Shown: positions 26,201 through 40,300 of the stretch, in pieces
Layout: the number at the start of each line of letters is the position of its first letter
Position numbering within the stretch: the first letter of the stretch is position 1
Assembly (NCBI RefSeq): GCF_001194135.2
Contig: NC_069000.1
Coordinates: 8,336,092-8,400,091, forward strand
Length of the DNA stretch: 64,000 nt
DNA from: Octopus bimaculoides
Taxonomy: Eukaryota
Direction of reading: 5' to 3'
Made by a program: the position numbers and the translations under genes
Notes under the pieces: model-generated
Told to the model about the DNA's origin: nothing
The model's database searches: none
What the model saw: only the letters and a program-made list of their open reading frames with translations

Positions 26201-27621
26201 GGGACACTATGGGATTTCTGAAAATGCTAGTGGGATAATAAGAAAGTCTATGAACCCCTTAGCATTCAGATTTCTTTGTCAAATCTATTGCTTATTTATT
26301 CTCATGGTTTTGCTCCAGGATGGCCACAGTCAAATGACTGAAACAAGTAAAAGAGTAAAAGAGATAAAAGAGAAAATGTTTATTCAAATACATCTTTATC
26401 TATCCTGAAATATAGTTGTTTTATTGTATCCCAAAACTGTCCTGAAAACTCTTTGTCTCATAATCCCAAAAGTTCACCTAAAGTGGCTTACAGACAAACT
26501 GAAATACACAGAATAACATAAGTAACTATAATGTGATGTGTAAAGCATATCCTCACCAGACAAAATGCAGAAACAATCCTAGCTTTACCCATTCCCATTT
26601 ATAACCACAAATTTCTTGGGAGAAAAACAAAACAAACTTCATTAATTTGCAATCCCTTCTGATGATTGTACTTCACGAAGGGTTTAAGAAAATCAAAATA
26701 AAAATCCTTACTTTTTCTTCTGTACAGTTTCTTCTGCAGGTTCAGGCTCCAGTGTGGTAATATGGGGACTGTTGTCCTTAGGGTCTTGAGTAACTATCAT
26801 CTTCTTTTTCAAAGGAACATCAACTTCTGACTCCTGGCCAGCATCAAAGTCATATTCCTGCTTTTCGGGGACAGCAGCAGCAGTAGCAGCAGCAGCAGCA
26901 AACTTCCTTTCCTGTGAGAGACAAATAAACAACACCTAAAATCAGTGAAATTTCTGATGGATAAACCCAACATCACAAAGTGTTTCCAGCCCATAGCCAA
27001 CTGTTGAATTCAGTCTTCCGATTCTCTTCNNNNNNNNNNNNNNNNNNNNNNNNNNNNNNNNNNNNNNNNNNNNNNNNNNNNNNNNNNNNNNNNNNNNNNN
27101 NNNNNNNNNNNNNNNNNNNNNNNNNNNNNNNNNNNNNNNNNNNNNNNNNNNNNNNNNNNNNNNNNNNNNNNNNNAAAATGGCATATAAACCCCAGCACAT
27201 CATGGAAGTCTGTCTTTCTTCTGATTCAAAGAAATCAGGAATCATTAGGTAAAAAGTAAAGGTAAAGTTACCTTCTCGAACCATACTGACTCACAAGGAC
27301 CAGTTTCCCAGTTTCATGGCATATATATTCATTCCCCACCTGGATGGGATGCCAGTCCATCACAGGCTTACTCACTTTTGCCAACTGAATGGAACAACAT
27401 GAAATGAAGTGTCTTTGCTCAAGAACACAACACATTGTCTGTTCCAGGAACTGAAACCACAATCTGACAATCAGGAGTCCAACATGCTAACCACTAAGAC
27501 TGCCATTGTTGCAATAACTCCTCCCATATAAAAATACACCTCATGTTCATCAGTGATAAGGGGACAAACAAACACAAAGATACACATACGTAGATATATA
27601 CATACACACACACCAATATAT

Positions 27622-27663
<42 letters not shown>

Positions 27664-29333
27664 CAGTGTCACTGAGAAAATTTAAAAAGCAAAGTGATTT
27701 ACTCACATCATGCATCTGTGGAGATGCTGGAGGACTTAGTTCCTTTCCTTCGGCTTTTGCCAGATCAGCTGTGATGTCTTCAGCATCTTTCCACAAGCCA
27801 TAACGCTACAACACAGCAATTCATTTAATTAGATACATGTTTTTATTGCAGCACAAACTGAGTCGTCTTGTTCATGGAGCCAACATTCAATATAAATTAT
27901 GAATTTTTAATCGAAGCAAACAGAAATCTAAATGCTTTTTTAATTGCTTTTAAATGCTTTTTTTATGATGAATTTTCCTTTACAGTGAAATTTCTTAAGG
28001 TGAATTTTCTAGACATGGAAACAAAGTATGAGTGAAAGTGTGAAGAAATGCGTGTTATTTATCAAAGTCCTCTTGGTGACTGCATTCTACAATAGACCTC
28101 CCATATACACACATTTGCTGTAATCCAGTAGAATAAGAGGAATAAATCAAGAATGTCACATACCTTCAAAATGGTTCTGTGTATAAAGAGAACTAAAAGC
28201 AAGGCAAGATCATACATTGCATAGTAATCTTGCTTCTCAATACCCAAGATTCGTGGTGGCCAAAATGGATTGTTTTTCCAGTTTTTAGAATTGTCGTCAT
28301 CATTCCAAGGAAAGAATGTAAACTGGAACAAGTATTTTAATACGACTATAGCCTGGAAGTAAGAAGAAAAAACCCCATTTAAATCTCACTGTAACTGACT
28401 TAAATAAGTGATAACAAAATTAAATCTAATGTGCATTTGTCATTCTGGAAACAGAACTAATACAATACAGGATTATAAAAGTCAAACTTATTCACTATTT
28501 CATCAACCCTGAAGGGATGAAAAGCAAAGTCAGCCTTGGTGGAATTTGAACACAGAATGTAAAGACGGACGAAATATGGCCAAGCATTTTGCCTGGCATG
28601 CTAGCAATTCTGCCAGCTTGTTGTTTTAGTAATTATAATAATAATAATAATAATAATCCTTTTTCCTGGAGGCACAAGGCCTCAGATTTAGCAGGAGGGG
28701 ACTAGTCAATCATATCGACCCCAATGTTTCACTGGTGCTTGATTTATTGACCCATAAAGCAACAAAGGCAAAGTCGAACTTGGCGAAATTTGAAATATAA
28801 CAACAACAACAATAATAATAAAAATAATAATGATAATTATCTACCTCAGTATAGGTGATAACGGTGACCCAGAATGTCTTGGATGGTCGAGGAACAGATA
28901 GCATTCCCCAGAGAAAGACCATAATTGGCAGAGGCATGGAGAGCAGACTAGCAGACATCATTTGGTTGAGAACGATGAGAAAATAGCAAACCAACTCGGA
29001 GCGAGAGATGAGCATGTAATAGTAAGCTACGAGTAATCTGTAGAACACTGGCTGGGCTAACTCGAATTCATTTTCTTCTTCAGCATTGTCAATGTCTTGC
29101 AAACTGGAAAAAATATGGAAAAAAAGAAATAATCAAAAACTCATCACTATTGAATAAAATTATCATTAGGCTGTGTGGTAAGTAGCTGTGGTAAGTAGCT
29201 TGCTTACGAACCACATGGTTCCGGGTTCAGTCCCACTGCGTGGCACTTTGGGTAAGTGTTTTCTACTATAGCCTCGGGCCGACCAAAACCTTGTGACTGG
29301 ATTTAGTAGATGGAAACAAAAAGAAGCCTGTCG

Positions 29334-29371
<38 letters not shown>

Positions 29372-31284
29372 TATGTTTGTGTGTATGTTTGTCCCCCCAA
29401 CATCACTTGACAACCGATGCTGTTGTGTTTACGTCCCTGTAACTTAGCAGTTCGGCAAAAGAGACCGATAGAATAAGTACTAGGCTTACAAAGAATAAGT
29501 CCTGGGGTCGATTTGCTCGACTAAAGGCGGTGCTCCAGCATTGCCGCAGTCAAATGACTGAAACCAGTAAAAGAGAGTAAAAGAGAGTAAAAAGATGATT
29601 AAACATTTGAAATAAGCCATTAAACATTTAACTTATTTTCTAGCATACAAATCAATTCTAGTAAATAGTGTAAACATGTAAGATAAACATTCAAATGTCG
29701 TCACTATTTTTCCTAATCCTGCTGCATTTCACATGGAATTTTTGGTCCTTCAACCATTGTCTTGGTGTTTAAGTCGACTGTAAATTTGGGTCAGAAATAT
29801 TCAACTGGTATGTTGGAAAATACAGTATTAACCAATTAACAAAGAGAAAGTCTTCTTTCCCATTTAAAAAAGCAAAAGAAAAAACAGTTGAACATAGAAG
29901 AGGAGATGGAAAATGCTTAATACTAATAAAGACATGTAATAAAGGCACATGTATGGAAAAGACTTGTGAATCAAATACTGGGTACTGCTCTGGATTTTAA
30001 TTTTATACTGGCAAAAGAGACAGTAATAAATCCAGTAATGTGCACAACTCTTCTATAATAATATTTTGTTGTATACCCAATTGTATATTAGCTAATAACC
30101 CATTTTCTGTAGCGATGTTTGAACAAAAATTTTAATAATTTTATATTTTGTTGAATTTACCTGTATTTACCTGTAATTAAAGTCACTTTGTGACAAAAAT
30201 TTTGGTATAGAATTGGTTGAGAACCTTTCGTTAATTTATCTTCCAAAAATCACATTAATATGTTGATAAATAAAAAAGTTAGAGTTGTTTAATGAAACCA
30301 GCCTAAATTTATGATTATGTTAGAAATTAATTGAAACACATAAGGGGTGTAATTTGGTTAGAAATATGGTAACGAAAGGGTTAAAGCGTGGACTGAATGC
30401 TTTTTATGTGGCATCAGTATCCGTAGGGTCACCAAGTAACATTGGAAGCGGGGATCTTGAGTCAGACAATGAAAGGTTAGAGCTAAACAGGTGTCTAGCT
30501 ATAGTGGAGGTCCATGGTTACCCAGAGAGAGAGAGAGAGAGAGGGAGGGAGAAGAGAGGAGGGAGGGAGGATGAGAGAGAGGGGAAATAGAGAAAGAGGA
30601 CAGAAACAGGGGTGCTGATGTAGGAGATACTTGATTACTTAGTCAGAGGGAAGAGCAAGGGAAAGAGAGAGAGAAAGTGAGAAGGAGTAGAAAACAGCAA
30701 AAGTGCAAGAGAGAACAGGGGAGAGATGGCGGCGAAGTTCCGGGGTATACTCACAAGTAATGGAATAGAAAATTTGCTGAAGAGGTCACAGTTGTGTGAT
30801 GAAAGTTTTCCAGACAATGGACAAGATAAAATAAGAACAATAATATATGAGTGAAGAGTGAATACATAGTGCATGTGTTTATTTGGCAAGGAAAAAAATG
30901 ACCATCCTGAAATATAGGTTATCCTATATCTAAATTACATATAACAGTTATCCTGTATATATATTATATATAACAGTTATCCAATATATATCATACATGG
31001 AGGTACCCAAAAGTAACTGGAAACGTTCTCTGTGTGACAAGCCTGTAGTAAGTTCAGTAATCCAATATTTATTATATATAGCAGTAATCTAATACATATA
31101 TATAGCAGTTATCCAATATATATTATATATAGCAGTCATCCAATATATATATATATATCTAGCAGTAATCCAATATGTATTATATATAGCAGTAATCCAA
31201 TATGTATTATATATAGCAGTTACCCAATATATATATATAGCAGTTATCCAATATTTATTATATGTAGCAGTAATCAAATATTCA

Positions 31285-31345
<61 letters not shown>

Positions 31346-34300
31346 CAGTTACTCTAACTTGCATAACTTTTCTATTTAGTGGTGGTATTGACCTCTTTTT
31401 TCTCTCTTAGTCTAACAGACTATGGCAAACCACTGGCCCCCACAAAACACAAGACAATGCCTATTGCAAAGTTCAAATGCCAATCGTGTGTGTGCATGTG
31501 TGTGTGTGTGTGAAATACTTACTTTGTCTTGGTGAAAGACTTTCTGATATCAGTTTCTTGCGGAGTGTCTACTTCCACTGCTATTTTGTTAACGCCGCTG
31601 CAAGAGACAAAAGAGATTAACAAGCCATTTCATACATTCTCAACACTGTACAAAAGTTTATTTTAATCTTTACTGGTTTACCTGTAGCACAGTTTGAACT
31701 TTTATCAGTCATTGATTGCTACCTGAAACACACCCACTCAATGAATACAACAAGAAGTTTTACATATTGTAAGCTAAAGCAATTACAGAAATTGCAGCTT
31801 AAGGTTCTTATATTCAATTATCAGAGATGGTAACTTCACTTATATCTATTTCTTGTTTCAGTCATTGAACTGCAGCCATTCTAGGGCACTGCCTTAAAAG
31901 GTTTACAGTTCTATATTTGAGAGATGAGGAATTAAGTACATTATTTACATTTGACAGATACATCCACGGGCATATGGCATAGGGGTTAAGAGCGCAGGCT
32001 ACAATGTGTTTATGAGTGTAACACCTAAGCTCCATGCAGCTCCAGCAGAAGGTAATGGCAAACTTATGCTGACTCTTTCGCCACAACTTTCTCTCACTCT
32101 TTCCTCCTGCATCTAGCAGCTAACCTGTGATGGACCGGCATCCCGTCCAGGTGGGGAACCCATATGCCAATGAAAACAGGAAACTGGCCTTTATGAGCCA
32201 GGTATGACTCGATAAGGAACAAACAACAACAACAATTTATCTGGCCCTGTCTATTAATAATTACTGTTATTTATTGGTGTTCTGCTCAATTAGGTAAGTT
32301 ATTTGTAACAAGAATTATGGTTATTGTTACAAATACAATGTTATCTTCATATAAAAAAAAACGGAAAAAAATTAATATATCTCTTACATGTCTTCTGCTG
32401 CTCTGGTAACAGCTTCTTTGGAATCAACAGTAGTTATTCCTTCTTCCATTGCCGATAAGGATAAAAATGTCAACTTCTCAGCCTGAAAGAAAAAGGGAAA
32501 AAAACAAGTTTTTTTTAATAATAATAATAATAATAATAATGAACTTATTGTATACAGGGCTCAGATGGCTAGACAGTTTTACAAGATCTAACAAATCAGA
32601 AAGCCGACTAAGAAATAATATATGTGACACATATAAAGCACCTATGCTGCCACCACATAAAAAGCACCTAGTACACTCTGTAAAGTGGTTGGTGTTAGGA
32701 AGGGCATCCAGCCATAGAAACCATGTGAACAACTGGAGCCAGGTGCAGTTCTTTGAGTTGTGAGCTCCTGTCAAACTGTTCAACTCATGCCAGTGTGGAA
32801 AATGGATGTCAAATGATGATGATGGTAATGGAATACATGTTAATATAACCAATACGTGGAGTATTACAAAACATTGAAAATAAAAAAAGAAACTAACCTG
32901 TATTTTCAACTTCTCTTTCCTCATGTCATCAGTCAAAGTATAAGCGACACGTCGATAATTCCTAGATATTCTATTGAAGAATTTAATAAGCCAATTAGCC
33001 ATACTAACTAGGATAGCGATGAACAAACTGAAGCTATTGGAAATCTTTGAGCAGAGAGACTCTGGAAAGAAAGGATACAGAAAATCAAGTCACCATCTTA
33101 TTCAGCAATTCCATTTCTCTTCACATAAATAATAAGCTCCTTTTAGTTTACAAAAAGTATCTATTATCTATAGACATACAATCTATACAGTAAACGTGAT
33201 GTGGATGTGTGTGTTCGTATTCGTTTTTTTGTTTCAGTCATTTGACTGCAGCCATGCTGGAGCACCACCTTTAGTTCAACAAATCAACTCCAAGGACTTT
33301 CAAGTTGCTCAAATCCTCTAGCCTGGTAAAAATGAGTAGTGCTTGTATTTCAAAGGGTCAGCCTTGTCACATTCTGTGTCATGCTGAATCTCCCTGAGAA
33401 CTATGTTAAGTCCAAGCAAGGTTGCATATGGAAAACCAGTAGTCGTCCATGTATACCAGCCTTCCTTTTCCACACTACCAATGTTATCCAAGGGAAAGGC
33501 AAAGGCTTGGCACCAGTGATGCTGTAACTCATTGCTACAGCTGAGTAAACTGGAGCAATGTGAAATAAAGTGTTTTTTTGTCAAGAACACAATACATAAC
33601 CTGGTCCAGGAATCGAACTCACTACCTCATTATTCTGAGCCTGATGCTCTAACCAGACTTAAAAGTAAGTACTGGGGTAGGTTTGTTTGATTAAAACACT
33701 TCCAAGTAGTGCCCTAGGATGGCTGTAATCCAATGACTGAAACACGTAAAAGATAAAAAGACCTACAATTAAAATATCAAATAAACTGCAACAAACCTTT
33801 AGGTTTAGTAGTTTCTTCATCTTCAACCTTATCAACAGAAGTTCCCATGACGATGGCGACGTGTTTCTGAAATGAAACATGGAAAGATTGAAAGGGATTT
33901 GTGTGAAATATTTACAATAACAATAATAGATGCCAAATATAACTGCAGAAATATAACCGAATTCAGCCAAACAGTGTACTTAATTGCAACAAAAGCTGAA
34001 GTAGTGTTATGGTAAGTAACAACTGTTTAACCAGTTTCTATATCTGAGAGATGAGGAATTGTGTACACATTAACAACAAACAAGATGAGGACAAATATCT
34101 GTCTAATGTAAATAATGAACTGTTTAACCATTTAGCATTTAAACCAGCCATACCAGGTCCAAATATTCTACCTGTTTTATGTTCAAATTGGCCAGATCTG
34201 GCCTCTCACATCTATCCTACACAGTGTCATTCTAAAAATAAACAATCACATTATCAAAATCTTGAAGCTACAAGAAAATTCATGATTCAAAACACTGCAA

Positions 34301-35544
34301 AGCATTGCGTTTGACAGAGTATCCGAATGCTAAAGGGTTAAAACAGGAAATGACAGATTTATTAAAAGAAAGAGAAGCTATAAAATAGATAACCTTCCAT
34401 CATCTCTGATTTACTTACATCACCTGATGGTGTAGAGTCGTGTTGACTTACTGGTTGGTCTGTTTCTTCTCTTGCCTTCTCCAGAGCTGTGTCAGTTCCT
34501 GAGTCGATAGCAGTGGACAACAGCTAAGATGTAGCAAACAAAGAGATGGTGTTAATGAGATTCAAATGAGTTATAAAGCAAAATATCACTTCTGTTTCAT
34601 ATATAAAGTAGTTTCAAGGACACTATTCTGAAATGATGATGTGGGCATGCATTAGTATTTTTACATATGCATTCTCAGTTTGTTTCAACCACTAGAGTAA
34701 CTTGGGATTTATGAAAGGAAAGTTATATATTACTCAGAACATGTGAAACAAGGGCCAACTAAAAGTCTGGAAACAAACATGGACATTTAGGATTAAAACT
34801 GACGAAAATGTTTTGGACAAAAAGGGTTAAGCAGAAATTCTCACCTGAAGTGGCCCCAATGCTTTATCTTCACTGCCACTCCGTTCTGACCGACCAATAT
34901 TCAAAGAAGTGGTTGGGCCCTGATCTGGGCTTTCAGGTACCTCTTCTGTTTCATCTTCAAATAAATAATAGTCCCCAGAACGGATAGCTGAAAAAGAAGA
35001 TAGTGCAAAGTGAAGGACTGTAAACAGCAGAGTCAAAAATTAAGTCAATAAGATACAATTAGAAAAGAGAAAAAGCTGAAACTAAAATCACAAAATTTGA
35101 TTCTTAAAGATATCACACTTCAAAAATGAAAACACAAAAACTGTAAGCCCACATAACTAGAAACTTAAAACTGTAGATGAATGTAATTGACAGTAATACA
35201 TGACTCAAATGGGTCATGCTCTACTGATCTGAATGTAAGGACAGCAAAACCCATCTAAGAGAAAGTGTCATCAGTGGAACAACACAACAAGAATAGAAAA
35301 ATACCTTGGAAATGTTCGTCGGGTTCATGGAAGCTCTTCTTCAGTCCTGCTTGCTTAGCTTTCAAATGCTCCATCTTTTTTTTGATGGTATACAACACTT
35401 CAGTTTCTCTCTCTTTCTGAAGCAGCACTTCTCTGATCAGTATACGATTGATCAGTTCAGCTCCCCTGGACACAATAAGTGGGTTCATTTAGTGATTAAC
35501 CAGTAATAGACAAAGTGAGGAGATGGAGAGAGTAGAAAAGAACT

Positions 35545-35580
<36 letters not shown>

Positions 35581-36018
35581 AATGGTTTCAAATTTTGCCA
35601 CAGGAGTAGCAATTTTAGGGGAGGGGATGAGTCGATCACAAAAACAAACAAATAAAGAACAGTGAATACAAACAAACCTGGATGCCAATCGTCTTTGAGC
35701 TTCCAGTTCTGCTACAATATGACGGAAATAATGGGAGCTGTACACTCTTCGTTGCAGAAGAAGGAAAGCAAAGCAGATCACATCCCATCCCAGACCATTT
35801 TTGTCTGCTTCACAATTACCATGTTGCTCTACAAAACAGGGATTTTTATTTGCTTATTCNNNNNNNNNNNNNNNNNNNNNNNNNNNNNNNNNNNNNNNNN
35901 NNNNNNNNNNNNNNNNNNNNNNNNNNNNNNNNNNNNNNNNNNNNNNNNNNNNNNNNNNNNNNNNNNNNNNNNNNNNNNNNNNNNNNNNNNNNNNNNNNNN
36001 NNNNNNNNNNNNNNNNNN

Positions 36019-36055
<37 letters not shown>

Positions 36056-36337
36056 CTTCTAGCAGTACACCATTTACATTTTAAATCTACTATTTTTATA
36101 GGTCAGATCTTCACTATTTTACACACACACACATCTTAACTCTGAACCTGCCAATAAACTCTAGTGTTTCCCAATCGCTGTCTCCACTGAGTATTTATCT
36201 TCGGCACATAAAAGACACCATTTCGAGTGTGGCCGTTGCCAGTACCGCCTGACTGGCCTTCGTGCGGGTGACACGTAAAAGCACCCACTACACTCTCTGA
36301 GTGGTTGGCGTTAGGAAGGACATCCAGCTGTAGAAAC

Positions 36338-36376
<39 letters not shown>

Positions 36377-37359
36377 ACATTCAGCTACTTAATTCTGTTC
36401 TACACAGAATTATGGGCAGCACTAAGTGACACACAAAAGGCATGTATGCCAGTGACCTTTAAAAGGCACCCATGGCAGTACACTTAAAAAGCACCTGTGC
36501 CAGTGACACATAACCTACACCCAGTACACCCTATGGAGTGATTGGTGTTAGGGAGGGCATCCAACCTTAGAAGCCAAACCAATACAGACAGGGGCCTGGT
36601 GCAGCTCTCCAGCTCACCAGTTCTAGTCAAACCGTCCAACCCATGCCAGCATGGAAAATGGACGCTAAATGATGATGATGATGATGATGTGTTTCCATGG
36701 CTACAAAAGAAATTCTGAAACTTCAACACACTTTGCAATAAAGCCTTTTTTCCTTCATGCTTTCCATTTTGGTCTTGTCTTTCTTCTTCTCCACATATTC
36801 ATGTCATATTGCGTGCATCTTCTTCATTATCCTTCCATTTAAAATTCTAATTTCTAACCTCCCCCACACACATACCATGATTGATCTAGAAATGATTATC
36901 TCTCTTATAATAACTGCTGCCAGGGTGCACCACACGACATAATTTGTGTTTTGATAGTAACAACCATATGAACAACAATAGACTAACCTTTTGGGAAACT
37001 ATTCAGACAAGTAATACCGAATAACTTTACGGCCCAACAATGGGCAATTCCAACACCATCCATATAAACGCAACCAACAAGCTGAAAAGAAAAAAAAAAA
37101 TAATAATAATAATAATAATAAACAGTTGATCATGACTGTGAAATTCAAAAGAAACAAGGATATTTTTGAAAAAAAGTTTTATTCTAAAAAAAAAAAGTTT
37201 TATTTTAAAAAGTTTTGTAGGAGTGGCTGTGTGGTAAGTAGCTTGCTTCCCAACCACATGGTTCCGGGCTCAGTCCCACTGCATGGCACCTTGGGCAAGT
37301 GTCTTCTACTATAGCCTCGGGCCAACCAATAGGAATCTATTATCTTTCTTCTTCTTTGC

Positions 37360-37396
<37 letters not shown>

Positions 37397-40300
37397 TCAA
37401 CAAGGTGAGTGAAACCATAGTCTTGGCTGTTGCCAGTCTCATGTGAATGGCACTCAAGCCAGTGGCACGTAAAAAGCACCCATTACACTCTAGGAGTGGT
37501 TAGCATTAGGAAGAGCATTCAGCCGTAGAAATTATACCAACAAACTGGAACCTGGTGCAGCTCTCTAGCTTATCAGTTCCAATCAAACCGTCCAACCCAT
37601 GCCAGCATGGAAAGCAGACATTAAATGACGATGATGATAATATATATATATATGTCTTACCTGTAGACTGATTTTCACCAGAAGGACAATAAAAGTATAA
37701 CCAATGAGGAAATTCCACCTAAGTAAAGGAAAATTAAATATTTAGCATAAGAAGCCTGTATGTTTGTTCATTGTTTTCTTTTCTTTAATGACAACGTTTT
37801 TAATTTTGAGCATGGCCGTTGCCAGTACCGCCTGACTCGCCCTCGTGCCGGTGGCATGTAAAAGCACCCACTACACTCTCATAGTGGTTGGTGTTAAGAA
37901 GGGCATCTAGCTGTAGAAACTGCCAGATCAGATTGGAGTCTGGAGTAGCCATCTGGCTTGCCAGTCCTCAGTCAAATCGTCCAACCCATGCTAGCATGGA
38001 AAGCAGACGTTAAACGATGATGATGATGATATATATATATATATATATATAAATATACATATATACATTCATATATATCGTGTCTTCTGGAATATAAGTC
38101 AGAACTTTTCTGACCAATATTTACAGCCAGATAAAGGTAGCTCAAATTATGCACCAAGACAGCTTCGAAGGAGCAAAAATTCCATGTGAAATTCAACAGG
38201 ATTTGGAACAATAGTGACGATGTTTTAATATTTACACTATGTATCACATTGGCTTTTATGCCAGAAAATACAGTCATAATATTTCTAAGCTAGAAAAAAG
38301 TGAGACCAACCAAACGTACTTACCACCATAGTAGCTTTCTCAAGGGCTTCAACAGAAATTCTCGGCCAAACCACATAAAACAGAAGACTATGATGACATA
38401 ACCAAGACCAAATATGTTGATCCGATTTGTTCCGGCAAAGAAGACAATGGCCATGGTCACCCAAAAGAGGTGATAGAATACTGCATACTTGGCTACGTCT
38501 AGGTAGGAACTGGGGTACAATGAAAACAGATTCGGTCAGTATTTAGTAGAGTAGTTGAGAAGGACAGGCAGATAAATAATGACGAGAGAGGTAGATAGGT
38601 AGATAGATAGATGGATAGAGAGAGAGAGAGAGAAAGAGAACCAGGTGGCAAGAGAATGACAAAAGGAAAGAATTTGGTAGAGAGGAAGCAAAATAAACCA
38701 TAGATGACAAAATGGAGAAAGAGGGAGTATCAGAGAGGAAAAGAGAGATAAACAAACTGTAAAAGAAAAAGAGAGTGAGTGAGACAGATAATATAAGTGA
38801 CAGAGTAAGAGAAAGAGAGAGAGAGATAGAAAGAGAGAGAGATAAATATAAAGAGAGAGAGAGATTGTGTAAGGAAGAGAAGACAAAGTGAGACAGATGG
38901 TGTAGGAGAGAATGAGAGAAAGACAGAGAGTGAGATAGATAGTGTAACAGAGAGAGACAGAGATGGTGAGAGATGGTGTGAAAGAGAGAGAGGGAGAGGA
39001 CAGAGAGAGTGATACAGTGTAAAAGAGACAGGCAGACAGAGAGACAGTGTAACAGAAAGATAGAAAAAAACAGTGCGAGAGAGAGAGAGACAGAGACAGA
39101 GAGAGAGGTGCACTTCTATATTTGCATAAATGTATTAACTTTGTTGTTTAATATATTTAGAATAAACGAATCACATAAACAACAACAACAAAAATTGCGA
39201 CAACTAAGAAAGAATTATTTAGTAAAGGCATCACCAATAATTTGAAAATCTGAAAGAGAAACACAAGACCAGAGTATTTAAATTTCAAAACAATAAACAG
39301 ATAAAAGTGTCTTTGCAGGGTGTGCTACCAATAAATATTCCGTTTCTTTTCTTTTTGATGCAGTTCAGATCCTCTGCGCCATTTCGAAACACAAACATTT
39401 ATTTAGTCATGGCATTCATTTTGCAAATCAATATCCAAGTGTACAAGAGTTGGTAGCACACCTTGTTGGAAGTACCTGGTAAAACATTAGGGGACCAAAA
39501 AAAGAAAAAAAATCATAAAAATAAAAGATAGATAAATAGGTGCCTTTAGATCTCGTGTCATGCTTTGTGATGGTTTAAGCAGGCTTGAATAGTTGACAAG
39601 ACACAAAAAGAAACATTCCATGTTTTTTTTTTTTCCGTTTTTTTTTTTAAATGCAAAGTCAAAACCAAATAGCAAAAACTGCCAGCAACTAAGGTTTTCC
39701 AAAGAACAGAACAGATAGAATATACTTCATTCTTTTGTATTGGTTCGCAAGAATCTTGATGCCAACTCTTGTATTATTATTGACATAATGACCTGACCAA
39801 GATAGGAGAAAGTTAATATCTATCGTAATACGTGTGTCTGTGTATCTTTGTGTGTGCATGTGTTGGAATAGATGAAAGGGTGCTGAAAAGTTCTCTGGCT
39901 TTAAGGGTGTCACAAAATGCGAGGCTGGAGGCCCAACCGTCTGAGCTCTTCTACAAAGCTTAGAAAAACTGAAGGGCCACTGCAATAAGTGTGTGAATCT
40001 GAGAGGGGAATATGTTCAATAAAATCATAATTAACTGATCCTCCTGTATTCTCTTTTACCCAAAGCCAGGAACTTTTCAGCACCCCCTTGTAGTTAATAT
40101 CTATCATAACACACGTGTGTTATGTGGAAGGAAATGCATTCTTTTCTTTTATTCTTTTACATGTTTCAGCCCTAAGGTTGTGGCCATGCTGGGGCATCAC
40201 CAGTCATATATACAGCTTCCACATATTTGTCGAGAGGGAAATTCAGCAAGTCCATTAAACACTATAAATCAATGCTTACCAAATACTGTTTATTGCTGCC

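Larger units (their letters stand above)
36200..38028 (+). mobile_element. Cluster of family C SINE-like repeats (36200-36375, 36440-36688, 37420-37638, 37808-38028) around exons W15-W16
   Basis: Recurrent aaagcacccactacactct..gagtggttggcgttaggaagggcatccagctgtagaaac and aacccatgc(t/c)agcatggaaa..gacgttaaacgatgatgatg, (GAT)n tail. Confidence 0.8.

Noticed and set aside
26654-26682. CTGATGA...GAAG with CCCTTC/GAAGGG stem (hammerhead or C/D snoRNA?)
   Set aside because: No stem II, no GAAA/NUH, no D box, and it is on the non-host strand.
29168-29240. tRNA-like sequences at SINE heads
   Set aside because: They show A/B-box-like motifs but run into the SINE body with no complete cloverleaf; not tRNA genes.
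31065-31350. Regularly spaced repeat resembling a CRISPR array
   Set aside because: Eukaryotic context, spacers are short AT runs rather than unique sequences, and there are no cas genes; it is a minisatellite.
39150-39250. Strong-looking acceptor (tgtgtttctctttcag) in the 9.4-kb intron
   Set aside because: The required phase-2 frame hits TGA after five codons and no good donor follows.
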